This document shows positions 42,608-51,491 of a DNA stretch of 64,000 nucleotides, one piece after another. This DNA comes from Hyphomicrobiaceae bacterium (GTDB lineage: Bacteria > Pseudomonadota > Alphaproteobacteria > Rhizobiales > Hyphomicrobiaceae): positions 4,942-68,941 of the forward strand of contig JANRIT010000081.1 of the NCBI GenBank assembly GCA_033764645.1. The letters run 5' to 3'. The notes below the pieces were generated by a model. It was not told the DNA's origin. It saw nothing but the letters and a program-made list of their open reading frames with translations, and made no database searches. Position 1 is the stretch's first letter, and the number at the start of each line of letters is the position of its first letter. The translations under genes and the position numbers were made by a program.

Positions 42608-43694
42608 AAGCGACGGGCGGCGGTTCGAGGGACGCTTCAGCAACGGGAAATCGGCCGACAGCGCACGGGTCACGGTCGGCCTCGGCCGCAACGGCCTGTT
42701 GATCGAACTGCCGGGGGCGGCAGAGCCGCTCGTCTGGCCCTATGGCGCATTGCAGACGGCCGAGCCCTTGACCGCGAATGCCATCGACGCGCTCGTCACC
42801 TATACGCACCAGCCCGATGCCACGCTGTTCGTGCCGGGCGGCCCCTTCGCCCGTGCGCTCGCCGAGCGTGCGCCGCAGACGACCGCGCGCGCCGAGCGCT
42901 GGCGGCATACGCGGCCCTGGCTGTGGGGGGTCGCGGGTCTCGTCGGCGTGCTCGCCGTCGTGTGGGCGAGCGGGCTGTCGCCGGCGCGCAGCATCGCGGG
43001 CCTTCTCCCGGAGAGCGCACGCGATGCGCTCGGCGAGCAGGTGATCGGCTCGATGACGCGCGGCAAGACCGTGTGCACAGCGCCGGCCGGCCGCGCGGCC
43101 ATCGACCAGCTGGCGCAGCGGCTCTCGGCGGCGACGAACCGCGCCGTCGCCTTCGACATCACCGTCGTCGAGTGGGGCCTCGTCAACGCCTTCGCCGCGC
43201 CCGGCGAGCAGATCGTGCTGACGAGCGGCATCATCGAGGCGGTCGAGGGGCCCGACGAACTCGCAGGCGTGCTCGCCCACGAGATGGGCCATGGCCTCGA
43301 GATGCATCCTGAAACCGGGATCGTGCGGGCGATCGGGCTGACGGCGGCGGCCGAACTCGTGCTCGGCGGCAGCGCCGGCACGCTGACCAATCTCGGGCTT
43401 GTCCTGGCGCAGCTCTCCTACACCCGCAGCGCCGAGCGCGAAGCCGACGATCATGCGCTCGCCATCCTGCGCGGCGCGGGCATCAGCGCGAAGGGCCTGT
43501 CGGACTTTTTCGCGCGTGTCGCCAAACTCGAAGGGGCAGGCTCCGGCCGCATGCCGGACGCGCTGCGCTCGCATCCGCAATCGGAGGAGCGGCTGGCGCG
43601 CGTGCGCTCCCAACCGAGCTATCCGGCCACACCGTCGCTCGATGCGACGCAATGGAGGGCCCTGCGGGCGATCTGCGCGGACGGCAAGTCCTGA
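42597..43694 (+). CDS. M48 family metallopeptidase
   Basis: Internal ATG 42597, overlapping the DUF898 3' end by 11 nt. HEMGH zinc motif (LAGVLAHEMGHGLEMH), downstream E..AD and SHP motifs. N-terminal domain similar to those fused or adjacent to DUF898. Confidence 0.8.
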   Translation: MDTESDGRRFEGRFSNGKSADSARVTVGLGRNGLLIELPGAAEPLVWPYGALQTAEPLTANAIDALVTYTHQPDATLFVPGGPFARALAERAPQTTARAERWRHTRPWLWGVAGLVGVLAVVWASGLSPARSIAGLLPESARDALGEQVIGSMTRGKTVCTAPAGRAAIDQLAQRLSAATNRAVAFDITVVEWGLVNAFAAPGEQIVLTSGIIEAVEGPDELAGVLAHEMGHGLEMHPETGIVRAIGLTAAAELVLGGSAGTLTNLGLVLAQLSYTRSAEREADDHALAILRGAGISAKGLSDFFARVAKLEGAGSGRMPDALRSHPQSEERLARVRSQPSYPATPSLDATQWRALRAICADGKS

Positions 43695-43704
43695 TCAGGC
43701 GGTG

Positions 43705-43976
43705 TTAACCCGCCTTTCTCACACCGTTACAACCGGCACGGTGCCGGATACGGTGACAGGCCAGGAGCGGCGCCGCAGGCGTCGCCGGCCTACGGCAAGG
43801 TACCCGACACAGCCTGTCGCCGTATCCGGCCCGCCTTTCAGGTCGCACCGACGCGGCCGCCCGCCGTGTCGGGCAGCTCAACCGTAGGCGCTCGCTACGC
43901 TTTTCGCCGCCCTCCTTGCGGATCGGACTCGCGTCGGTGCGATGACGGCCGTGACGGTGTGAGAAAGGCGGGTTAA
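43705..43976. repeat. 272-bp element bounded by perfect 23-bp inverted repeats (MITE-like or structured RNA)
   Basis: TTAACCCGCCTTTCTCACACCGT (43705-43727) and its exact reverse complement ACGGTGTGAGAAAGGCGGGTTAA (43954-43976). Nested helices 43744-43760/43813-43829 (17 bp, one G-U) and 43843-43855/43930-43942 (13 bp). No credible ORF inside. Confidence 0.45.
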
Positions 43977-44157
43977 GGACGATCATCGCGCGGTTCACAG
44001 CAGTTATGCCGCGCGCGCATCGAGATCGGCCGAGGCGCCCACCGCTCTGGCCCGATCGGCGCCGTAATCGTAACGGCATGTCTTCGCAGCGTTCACAAGC
44101 GCGTGAATACTCGTTCGGCAGTGCAGCCGTCCCGCTCCCGCTCATCACCCCGGACAC

Positions 44158-44817
44158 ATGAGAACAATGCGCCGCTGGCTCCCTCGCCTCGCCGTCTGCC
44201 TCGTCCTCGCCGCCGCCGCGCTCTACGCAGCTTCGCCGTTCTACACCGCCTACGCCATCCGCGAGGCGGTCAAGAGCGGGGATGCGGATTTCCTGCGCGA
44301 TGCGATCGAGTGGACGCCAGTTCGCGCGAGCCTCAGGGCTTCCATGCTCGACATCGCCGTCGGCCCCGGCACGGGCGTACCGCTGCCCGAGGGCGCGCCG
44401 CCCAAGGACACGGGGCTGTGGGCCAACATCAAGTCGTATGTCGGCCACTCCTTTGTCGATGGTTTCGTCAACCGCTATGCGACGCCGGAAGGCCTGCCGA
44501 CGGTGTTCTCGTATGGCCGGACGGTGCGGCGCAACGTGCTGATGCGCGATGACCCGGAGGAGGGGCTGGCGCTGCCGCAGAAGCTCGCCTTCATCTGGAC
44601 GCGCGTGCGGCGGGCCTCCTTCGTCGGGCTGTCGCGCTTCGAGATGGAGATGACCGACAGTTACGAGCCGGGCCGGAGCTATGCGGGCGTGCTCGAGTTC
44701 CACGGCACGGGTCCGGGCCTTGGCTGGAAGCTCGTCGACTTGCGCGTACTGCAGGTCAAGTCCGGGACCGAGCCGGACGCCACGTCGGCGGCCGATCAGG
44801 TCACAACAGTGCGCTGA
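44158..44817 (+). CDS. DUF2939 domain-containing protein
   Basis: ATG start, N-terminal TM segment, then the Y.AY.IREAVKSGDADFLRDAIEW..VRASL pattern typical of DUF2939. Confidence 0.6.
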   Translation: MRTMRRWLPRLAVCLVLAAAALYAASPFYTAYAIREAVKSGDADFLRDAIEWTPVRASLRASMLDIAVGPGTGVPLPEGAPPKDTGLWANIKSYVGHSFVDGFVNRYATPEGLPTVFSYGRTVRRNVLMRDDPEEGLALPQKLAFIWTRVRRASFVGLSRFEMEMTDSYEPGRSYAGVLEFHGTGPGLGWKLVDLRVLQVKSGTEPDATSAADQVTTVR

Positions 44818-44867
44818 GTGGCGGCCGTCGCCGGGTCAAGGCGCGCGCCAGCTTGTCGGACTGACGG

Positions 44868-45905
44868 TCAGCGCCACAGATCCGCACGTGTGCCGCCGCC
44901 GCCGTCGACAGGCTCGCCGCCGCCGGAGTGTGCGACGTCCTGCTGCGCGACGAGCCCGCTCAGCGCATCGGCCAGCGTCTCCCCGAGACAGGCGTACGAC
45001 ACGTCGTTCTGGTGGAAGCGATCGGGGGCGAGCAGGTCCTCGGTCCTGAACTGGGCGCTGTCGACGAGGTGGCGCATCAATTCATAGCGGCGGAAGACGG
45101 GGACGCCGAGCTCGCGACCGACATGGCGCATGGCCGCGCCGTAGGCCATGTACGTCGACAGCGTCGCGGCGCGCGGAAAGAACTGCGGATCGAGCAGGAT
45201 GACGTCGCTGCCCGCCGACCGGATGCGGCCGATGCCCTCGATGAGGACGGAGGCGAACTCCGCCATCGGCACCCCGCGCAAGGCGTCGTTGACCCCGGTC
45301 TGCCAGATGACGAGGGTCGGCCGCTCGGCCAGTACATCGCGATCGAGGCGGGCCAGCATGTCGCTGGCAAGCTCCCCGCCGACACCCCGGTTGAGCACCT
45401 CGATCGACAGGCGCGGGAAGCTCGCGCGCAGGGAGCGCTCCAGTCGCTCGGGATAGGAGTGGGCGACTGTCGAGGCGCCCGTGCCGGCCGTGCTGGAGGA
45501 ACCCAGCGCGAGGATGCGGACGGGGGCGAAGCGATCGAAGGCCGTCCGAAGGCTCGGGGCGGGTCCGGCGAGCCGCAACAGGCCGGGAGGGGCTTCGCAG
45601 TCCTCGCCGCCGCGCGTGCGTTGCGCGGTGCCGGCGGGCCGGCCGGCACTGGCATTGGCACTGAACCCGGCACCGGTACCGGGTAATGCGGCGATGGCGG
45701 CTGTCGCCGTCAGGGTGGCGCCCGTCGCGGCCTTCGTCTCGGCATTCGCGGCGGCTGGACGAACCGCCGGCTCGAACAGCGCCGGGATGAGGCTGGCGGC
45801 GAGCACCGCGGCACCAGCCAACGCCGCATACCGGCGCCAGTAGGTGCACGTCGCGCATGGGCGCCCATCAGCGCCGCCGCCCTGGTTCGAGCCCAACATA
45901 TGCAT
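44868..45905 (-). CDS. SGNH/GDSL hydrolase family protein (secreted)
   Basis: ILALGSSSTAGTG (block I), NRGVGGE (block II), WQTGVND (block III), DRFHQND (block V-like). First ATG at 45905 (the track start 45908 is GTG). Confidence 0.7.
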   Translation of the reverse strand: MHMLGSNQGGGADGRPCATCTYWRRYAALAGAAVLAASLIPALFEPAVRPAAANAETKAATGATLTATAAIAALPGTGAGFSANASAGRPAGTAQRTRGGEDCEAPPGLLRLAGPAPSLRTAFDRFAPVRILALGSSSTAGTGASTVAHSYPERLERSLRASFPRLSIEVLNRGVGGELASDMLARLDRDVLAERPTLVIWQTGVNDALRGVPMAEFASVLIEGIGRIRSAGSDVILLDPQFFPRAATLSTYMAYGAAMRHVGRELGVPVFRRYELMRHLVDSAQFRTEDLLAPDRFHQNDVSYACLGETLADALSGLVAQQDVAHSGGGEPVDGGGGTRADLWR

Positions 45906-46001
45906 CACTCCCCATCATTTGCCATGACGCGCAACGATCGGGGTGGTTTCCAATCGGCAGCCCTGCACGCCACTGCCTATTTCCTAATCGCTAAATCCGG
46001 G

Positions 46002-46033
46002 ACGGGCAAACGCCAATTGCCCGTTTCTTTATC
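46002..46033 (+). terminator. terminator-like hairpin in a long intergenic region (orphan)
   Basis: ACGGGCAA (46002-46009) / TTGCCCGT (46017-46024), an 8-bp stem with a 7-nt loop, followed by TTCTTTATC. No annotated plus-strand gene lies upstream. Confidence 0.35.
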
Positions 46034-46466
46034 AGCGTTCGAACGAATTGCCGATCAACGATCGGACCGACCGTCAATTTACCACGATCGGCTCGGCGTT
46101 CTCGCCGCTGCGAAATTCGCAGTGCCTCCGGCGTGCCGTTGCAGTCCCGCATGAACGACACAAGCGGCCCATGGCGGAGAGGCCCGCCGGCCCGGCTCTT
46201 CTGGGCTCTGTACGACGCCAGCGGGCAGGGTGATCGAGCATATTTCCAGAAATGACGCTGCCGTGATCCGCCGTGTGCGCCGGACGACGGCACTGTGAAG
46301 GCGATTGATTGGCCAGCGCGACGGACCGCAGGCACTGTCGCGACATCGAAAAGCGTGATGCACCGCCGGCCGACGAATTGGATCGAACAGAACGCACGGT
46401 CCAATGCGGGATATCGGGAACCGACGGTTGGAATTGACCCCGACCCGTCCGTCAAAGGAGCCAACG

Positions 46467-47315
46467 ATGTCCGTCTCGCTCGCAGATGCCGCCACCACCG
46501 CCGTCCGGACCAGCCCGCTCGTTACGATCAACGACATCGAGCCGGCCGGTACACCGCTGCAGCGCGCCGCCCAGCGCCGCATTCACCGTGCGCGCCGAGA
46601 CCTCAAGAACATCGAGGGCGCGACGTCGTTCGGCCGCTCGGTCGCGGCCTTCCTGCCGGAGTTGGAGCCCCAGTGCTTCGCCGGCATCGTGCGCAACTAC
46701 CGGCGCGTCCTGCTCATCGGCGATCGCGAGGCCGTCGGCACGGTTGCAGGGACCGCCCGGCCCATGGGTGCCGAGATCACCGATCCGATGCCCGTCATCG
46801 GGGCTGGCGCTGCCACCTTCCGCGCGGCGGCCACGGATGCCAAGGAGCGGGCCGAGCGCACAACCGGGCGCCGTTTCGAGCTGCTGCGCCCCGACGCCAG
46901 CGCCGAGCGCATCCGCGCCATCCAGGAGTTGCAGGTCGCAGTTGGGCTGACGCCGCTGCCGGGTGTGTTCCTGCGCGGCCGGCACGGCGAGGTGTCAACG
47001 ATCACGCTGGTGGGTGATGACGGGCGCCTGCTCGCGAGCGCCACGACGGTCGGTCTCGCCAACGTCGGCCGGCGGTTCTCCGCCTCGGCCATCATCGTCG
47101 GCGTGGCGGTCGCCGCCGAAGCGCGCGGGCTCGGGCTCGGCAGCGGCATCACGGGTGCCGCGCTCGTCGAAGCTCATCAGGGTCTCGGCGCCGAGGACGT
47201 CATCGCCGTCGTGGCGCCGAAGAATACGATCGCCTTCAAGACCAATGCGCGCTTTGGACTGCTGCCGCGCGCGGAAGAGCAGGCGCTCTACGTCGAACTC
47301 GGCGACGGCGCTTGA
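46467..47315 (+). CDS. GNAT-like N-acetyltransferase with an unrecognised N-terminal half
   Basis: ATG 46467 with AAGGAG 6 nt upstream. The C-terminal part has a GNAT motif-A-like segment (VGVAVAAEARGLGLGSGITGAALVEA ... KNTIAFKTNARFGL). Confidence 0.5.
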   Translation: MSVSLADAATTAVRTSPLVTINDIEPAGTPLQRAAQRRIHRARRDLKNIEGATSFGRSVAAFLPELEPQCFAGIVRNYRRVLLIGDREAVGTVAGTARPMGAEITDPMPVIGAGAATFRAAATDAKERAERTTGRRFELLRPDASAERIRAIQELQVAVGLTPLPGVFLRGRHGEVSTITLVGDDGRLLASATTVGLANVGRRFSASAIIVGVAVAAEARGLGLGSGITGAALVEAHQGLGAEDVIAVVAPKNTIAFKTNARFGLLPRAEEQALYVELGDGA

Positions 47316-47373
47316 CCGACGAAGGCTGGGCCGGCGAGGCTCGCAGCGAACCCTCCTGCCATCGCGAACAGCC

Positions 47374-48429
47374 ATGACCAGCACAACGAAAGACGCGACA
47401 CCCTCCAGCCCGGCCACACGGCTGGGCTCCCTGCTGACGAGTGGCGTCGCCATGGTCTGGGGCGGACTGGCCATTTTCGCGTTGGCCAAGTCCGTCGTGC
47501 ACCTGTTGACCGCCGTCGGCCAGGCCAATCCGATCGACGGGCGCAATCCCATCTCCTTCTGCAACGTGCTGTTCGTCGGCAACCTCATCGCCGCAGTCGT
47601 CCTGTTCATCGCCTACCGGCGCGACTGGACGCGCGAAAACTTCGCCAAGCTCAGCGTGCGCGACTGGGGCGGCATCGTCGTGATGGGCGTCCTGTCGGGC
47701 ATGGTCGCCCCGACGCTGGGTTTTCTCGCGCTCGCTCACGCGGAAGTGTCGACCGTCGTGTTCCTGGGGCGTCTGGAACCGATCGTGCTCATGATCCTGG
47801 CAGCGAGCCTGCTGGGTGACAGGCCCGACCGGTGGGCGATCTTCGGCGCGGTCGTGTCGACGATTGGCGTGATCATCATCCTCGCCCTGTTGTCGGTCGA
47901 CATGGGCGGCTTCACGCTCGGGCTTGGCGAGTTCTACGCCATCATGTCCGCCGTGGTGCTCGCCGTGGGCACCGTGGTTTCGAAGTTCACTTTGTCCTCG
48001 GTGCCATTCGGCATCTTCTCGGTCGTGCGCATGATCATCGGGGCGACGATCTACTTCGTGTGGGCGTACACACTCTATGGTCCGATCCATTTCGCGGACG
48101 TGCTGCAGCCGGTCGTGTGGCAGTGGATGCTGCTCTATGGAGCGATCATCGTGGCGGGCGGGCAGATGCTGTTTCTGAACGGCATTCGCGGCAGCCGAGG
48201 ACAGGACGTCGCCCTGGCGCAGTCGTTCTCGCCGATCGTCGCGGTAGCGTTCGCCTTTCTGCTGTTGGGCGAGGTGCCGGGCACGCCGATCCTGATCGGT
48301 GGCGCGGTCATCATGGTCGGGATCTTCGGGGCCCAGCTCGGCACGTGGTACTCGAAGCGTCGCAAGGAGCGCCTCGACAACGCCGACATCATCGAGATGG
48401 AAGGCCGCGTCACGTTCCGTGGCGTGTGA
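47374..48429 (+). CDS. DMT (EamA-like) family transporter
   Basis: Internal ATG 47374 of ORF 46963..48429. About 10 TM segments in two EamA-like halves. Confidence 0.75.
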   Translation: MTSTTKDATPSSPATRLGSLLTSGVAMVWGGLAIFALAKSVVHLLTAVGQANPIDGRNPISFCNVLFVGNLIAAVVLFIAYRRDWTRENFAKLSVRDWGGIVVMGVLSGMVAPTLGFLALAHAEVSTVVFLGRLEPIVLMILAASLLGDRPDRWAIFGAVVSTIGVIIILALLSVDMGGFTLGLGEFYAIMSAVVLAVGTVVSKFTLSSVPFGIFSVVRMIIGATIYFVWAYTLYGPIHFADVLQPVVWQWMLLYGAIIVAGGQMLFLNGIRGSRGQDVALAQSFSPIVAVAFAFLLLGEVPGTPILIGGAVIMVGIFGAQLGTWYSKRRKERLDNADIIEMEGRVTFRGV

Positions 48430-48545
48430 GGCGGGCAGGCCTATCCACAGTAGCGGTCCCCGGAAGGCGTGCGAAGCGCGGCTCACCGGGGCCTTTCCCG
48501 CCGCAGAGCCGGGAACGCGCATTGCGGGGATTGGCCGGGCGAGCC

Positions 48546-51287
48546 TTACTGCTCGATGCGCTTCAGAGCGGCCGAGAGCCGCTTGATAATCCCTTCGAGT
48601 TCGGCCTTGCGCTCCTTCGTCTCCTCGACCGCCTCGGGTTTCGCCTTGGCGACGAAGGCCGGGTTGTCGAGCTTGGCGTTCATCTTGGAAAGATCGCCCT
48701 CGGCGCCGGCGATCTCCTTGGCGAGCCGCTTCCTCTCGGCCTCCATGTCGATGAGGCCTTCGAGCGGGATCGCCGCCGTCGTGTCCCCGGCGACGATGAC
48801 GGCCGCGCCCTTCGGAGCGGCCTTGGCGAAGGTGATGTCGTCGAGCCGGGCGAGCCGCTGCACGGTTTCCTCGTGGCGACCCGTGCGGGCGCGGATCGCC
48901 TTATCGGCGCCGACGATGACGAGCGGCACCTTGGCGCCGGCGGGGATGTTCATCTCGCTCCTGACCGAGCGGATCTCCGAGACGAGGTCGACCACCCAGC
49001 CGATTTCGTCGGCGGCTTTCTGGTCATGCAGCCCGTCGAGCACCGGCCACTGGGCAAGCGCCAGCAGGTTCTGGCGCGCTTCACCGTGTTCGACCATGTG
49101 GGTCCACAATTCCTCGGTGATGAACGGCATGAAGGGGTGCAGGAGCTTCAGGATCTGGTCGAGCACCCACGCCGTCGTCGCCCGCGTCTCGGCGATGGAG
49201 GGCTCGTCGTCGCCCATCAGGATCGGCTTGCTGAGTTCGACGTACCAGTCGCAGAACACGCCCCACACGAACTCATAAGCGGCGCCTGCCGCCTCGTTGA
49301 AGCGATAGGATTCGAGGCCCGCCGTCACGGCCTTGGCCGCCTTTTCCGTCTCGCCGACGATCCAGCGGTTGAGGGTCTCCTCGACGCTTCTGGGATCGAA
49401 GTCGCGGCGGCGGACGCACTCGTTCATCTCGGCGAAGCGGGCGGCATTCCAGAGCTTGGTCGCGAAGTTGCGGTAGCCCTCGACGCGCTGCTTCGAAAGC
49501 TTGATGTCGCGGCCCTGGGCGGCCATGGCGGCAAGCGTGAAGCGCAGGGCGTCGGCCCCGTACTCGTCGATCATGACGAGCGGGTCCATGACGTTGCCCT
49601 TGGACTTACTCATCTTCTGCCCCTTCTCGTCGCGCACGAGGGCATGGATGTAGACGTCCTTGAACGGCACCTCTTGGCGGAAGTGGAGCCCCATCATCAT
49701 CATACGGGCGACCCAGAAGAAGATGATGTCGAAGCCGGTGACGAGCACACTCGTCGGATAGTAGCGGGCGACCTCGGGCGTCTCGTCAGGCCAGCCGAGC
49801 GTGGAAAAGGGCCAGAGCGCGGAGGAGAACCACGTGTCCAGCACGTCGGGGTCGCGTGCGATGGCGGTCGACGTGCCGTAGTGCACTCTGGCCTGCGCTT
49901 GCGCCTCCGCCTCGCTGCGGGCGACGAATATGTGCCCGTCCGGACCGTACCAAGCCGGGATCTGGTGGCCCCACCAGAGCTGGCGCGAGATGCACCACGG
50001 CTCGATGTTGCGCATCCATTCGAAGTAGGTCTTCGACCAGTTCTCCGGCACGAAGCGCGTGCGCCCGTTCTCGACGGCGGCGATCGCGTCTTTCGCCAGT
50101 TCAGCGGCGTTGACGTACCACTGGTCGGTCAGCCACGGCTCGATGACGACGTTGGAGCGGTCGCCGTGCGGGACCGTGTGCGTCGTCGGCTCGATCTTGG
50201 CGAGCAGGCCGAGGGCGTGCAGGTCGCCGATGATCTGCTTGCGCGCGCGGAAGCGATCGAGGCGGCGATAGGCTTCAGGCACCTCGTCGTTGAGCGCCGC
50301 TTCGGCGGTCAGGATATTGATGCGCTCGAGCCCGTGGCGCTTGCCGACCTCGAAGTCGTTGAAGTCGTGCGCCGGCGTGATCTTGACGGCGCCCGTGCCC
50401 TTCTCGGGGTCGGAGTACTCGTCGGCGACGATGGGGATCTCGCGGCCGACGAGCGGCAGGCGCACGGTCTTGCCGACGAGATCAGCGTAGCGCTCGTCCT
50501 CGGGGTGAACGGCGACACCGGTATCGCCGAGCATGGTCTCGGGCCGCGTCGTCGCCACCACGATGAACCGGGTCGGGTCCCCGCTCAGCGGATAGCGGAA
50601 ATGGTACATATGCCCGGACGGGTTCTTGTCCAGGAGCTTGTTCAACGCCGCTAGGTCGAGGTCTTCCCCAGAGGAAGAGTCCCACTTGAAAGATCCCGTC
50701 GCCTCGACTTGCACGACCTCGAGGTCGGAGATGGCCGTCTGGAACTTCGGATCCCAATTGACGAGGCGCTTGTCCTTGTAGATGAGCCCCTGCTCGTGGA
50801 GCGTGACGAACACCTCGACGACGGCCTTCGACAGGCCCTCATCCATGGTGAAGCGCTCGCGGCTCCAGTCGCAGGAGGCGCCCAGCCGCTTCAACTGGTT
50901 GATGATGGTGCCGCCCGACTGCTCCTTCCAGGACCAGACCTTCTCCAGGAACTTGTCGCGGCCGATGGCGCGGCGGTCGGGCTCCTGGTGCTCGGCCATC
51001 TGGCGCTCGACCACCATCTGCGTGGCGATGCCGGCGTGGTCGGTGCCCGGCTGCCAGAGCACGTCGCGGCCGCGCATGCGCTCGAAGCGGCACAGCGCGT
51101 CCTGCAACGTATTGTTGAGCGCGTGCCCCATGTGCAGCGAGCCGGTGACGTTCGGCGGCGGGATGACGATGGTGTAGGGCTCGGCACCGCGTCGGTCGGG
51201 GCGGCCACAGCGGAAGGCGCCTTCGGCCTCCCACTTCTCGGTCATGCGCGGCTCGATCTCGGCCGGCTGGTAGGTCTTGTCGAGCAT
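48546..51287 (-). CDS. valS: valyl-tRNA synthetase
   Basis: Internal ATG 51287 ([12 protein letters not shown]...). [19 protein letters not shown] motif and KMSKSKGN. C-terminal coiled coil. Full-length similarity. Confidence 0.95.
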   Translation of the reverse strand: MLDKTYQPAEIEPRMTEKWEAEGAFRCGRPDRRGAEPYTIVIPPPNVTGSLHMGHALNNTLQDALCRFERMRGRDVLWQPGTDHAGIATQMVVERQMAEHQEPDRRAIGRDKFLEKVWSWKEQSGGTIINQLKRLGASCDWSRERFTMDEGLSKAVVEVFVTLHEQGLIYKDKRLVNWDPKFQTAISDLEVVQVEATGSFKWDSSSGEDLDLAALNKLLDKNPSGHMYHFRYPLSGDPTRFIVVATTRPETMLGDTGVAVHPEDERYADLVGKTVRLPLVGREIPIVADEYSDPEKGTGAVKITPAHDFNDFEVGKRHGLERINILTAEAALNDEVPEAYRRLDRFRARKQIIGDLHALGLLAKIEPTTHTVPHGDRSNVVIEPWLTDQWYVNAAELAKDAIAAVENGRTRFVPENWSKTYFEWMRNIEPWCISRQLWWGHQIPAWYGPDGHIFVARSEAEAQAQARVHYGTSTAIARDPDVLDTWFSSALWPFSTLGWPDETPEVARYYPTSVLVTGFDIIFFWVARMMMMGLHFRQEVPFKDVYIHALVRDEKGQKMSKSKGNVMDPLVMIDEYGADALRFTLAAMAAQGRDIKLSKQRVEGYRNFATKLWNAARFAEMNECVRRRDFDPRSVEETLNRWIVGETEKAAKAVTAGLESYRFNEAAGAAYEFVWGVFCDWYVELSKPILMGDDEPSIAETRATTAWVLDQILKLLHPFMPFITEELWTHMVEHGEARQNLLALAQWPVLDGLHDQKAADEIGWVVDLVSEIRSVRSEMNIPAGAKVPLVIVGADKAIRARTGRHEETVQRLARLDDITFAKAAPKGAAVIVAGDTTAAIPLEGLIDMEAERKRLAKEIAGAEGDLSKMNAKLDNPAFVAKAKPEAVEETKERKAELEGIIKRLSAALKRIEQ

Positions 51288-51491
51288 CGGGGGTTCGCGT
51301 CGGCCTTCCTGGCTCAGTCGATGGCTGGCGGATGCCGGCAGGCGCGAGGGCCTTGCGGGCATGCGGGTCAGCGGGATCAGCCGTGGTGGTAAGGCGCTGT
51401 CCGTTTCCCGTCAACGATGCGGGGCAGGCTAGGCGGCGTGCCGGTACCGCGACCGGGGACGCCCGGGAGGGTGAGCGGCTGGCGGGACCGC

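Noticed and set aside
43705-43976. Retron msr/msd, or an IS element, as the identity of the inverted-repeat element.
   Set aside because: No reverse transcriptase or transposase ORF lies inside or adjacent, and 272 bp cannot encode one. Only a non-autonomous element or an RNA remains plausible.
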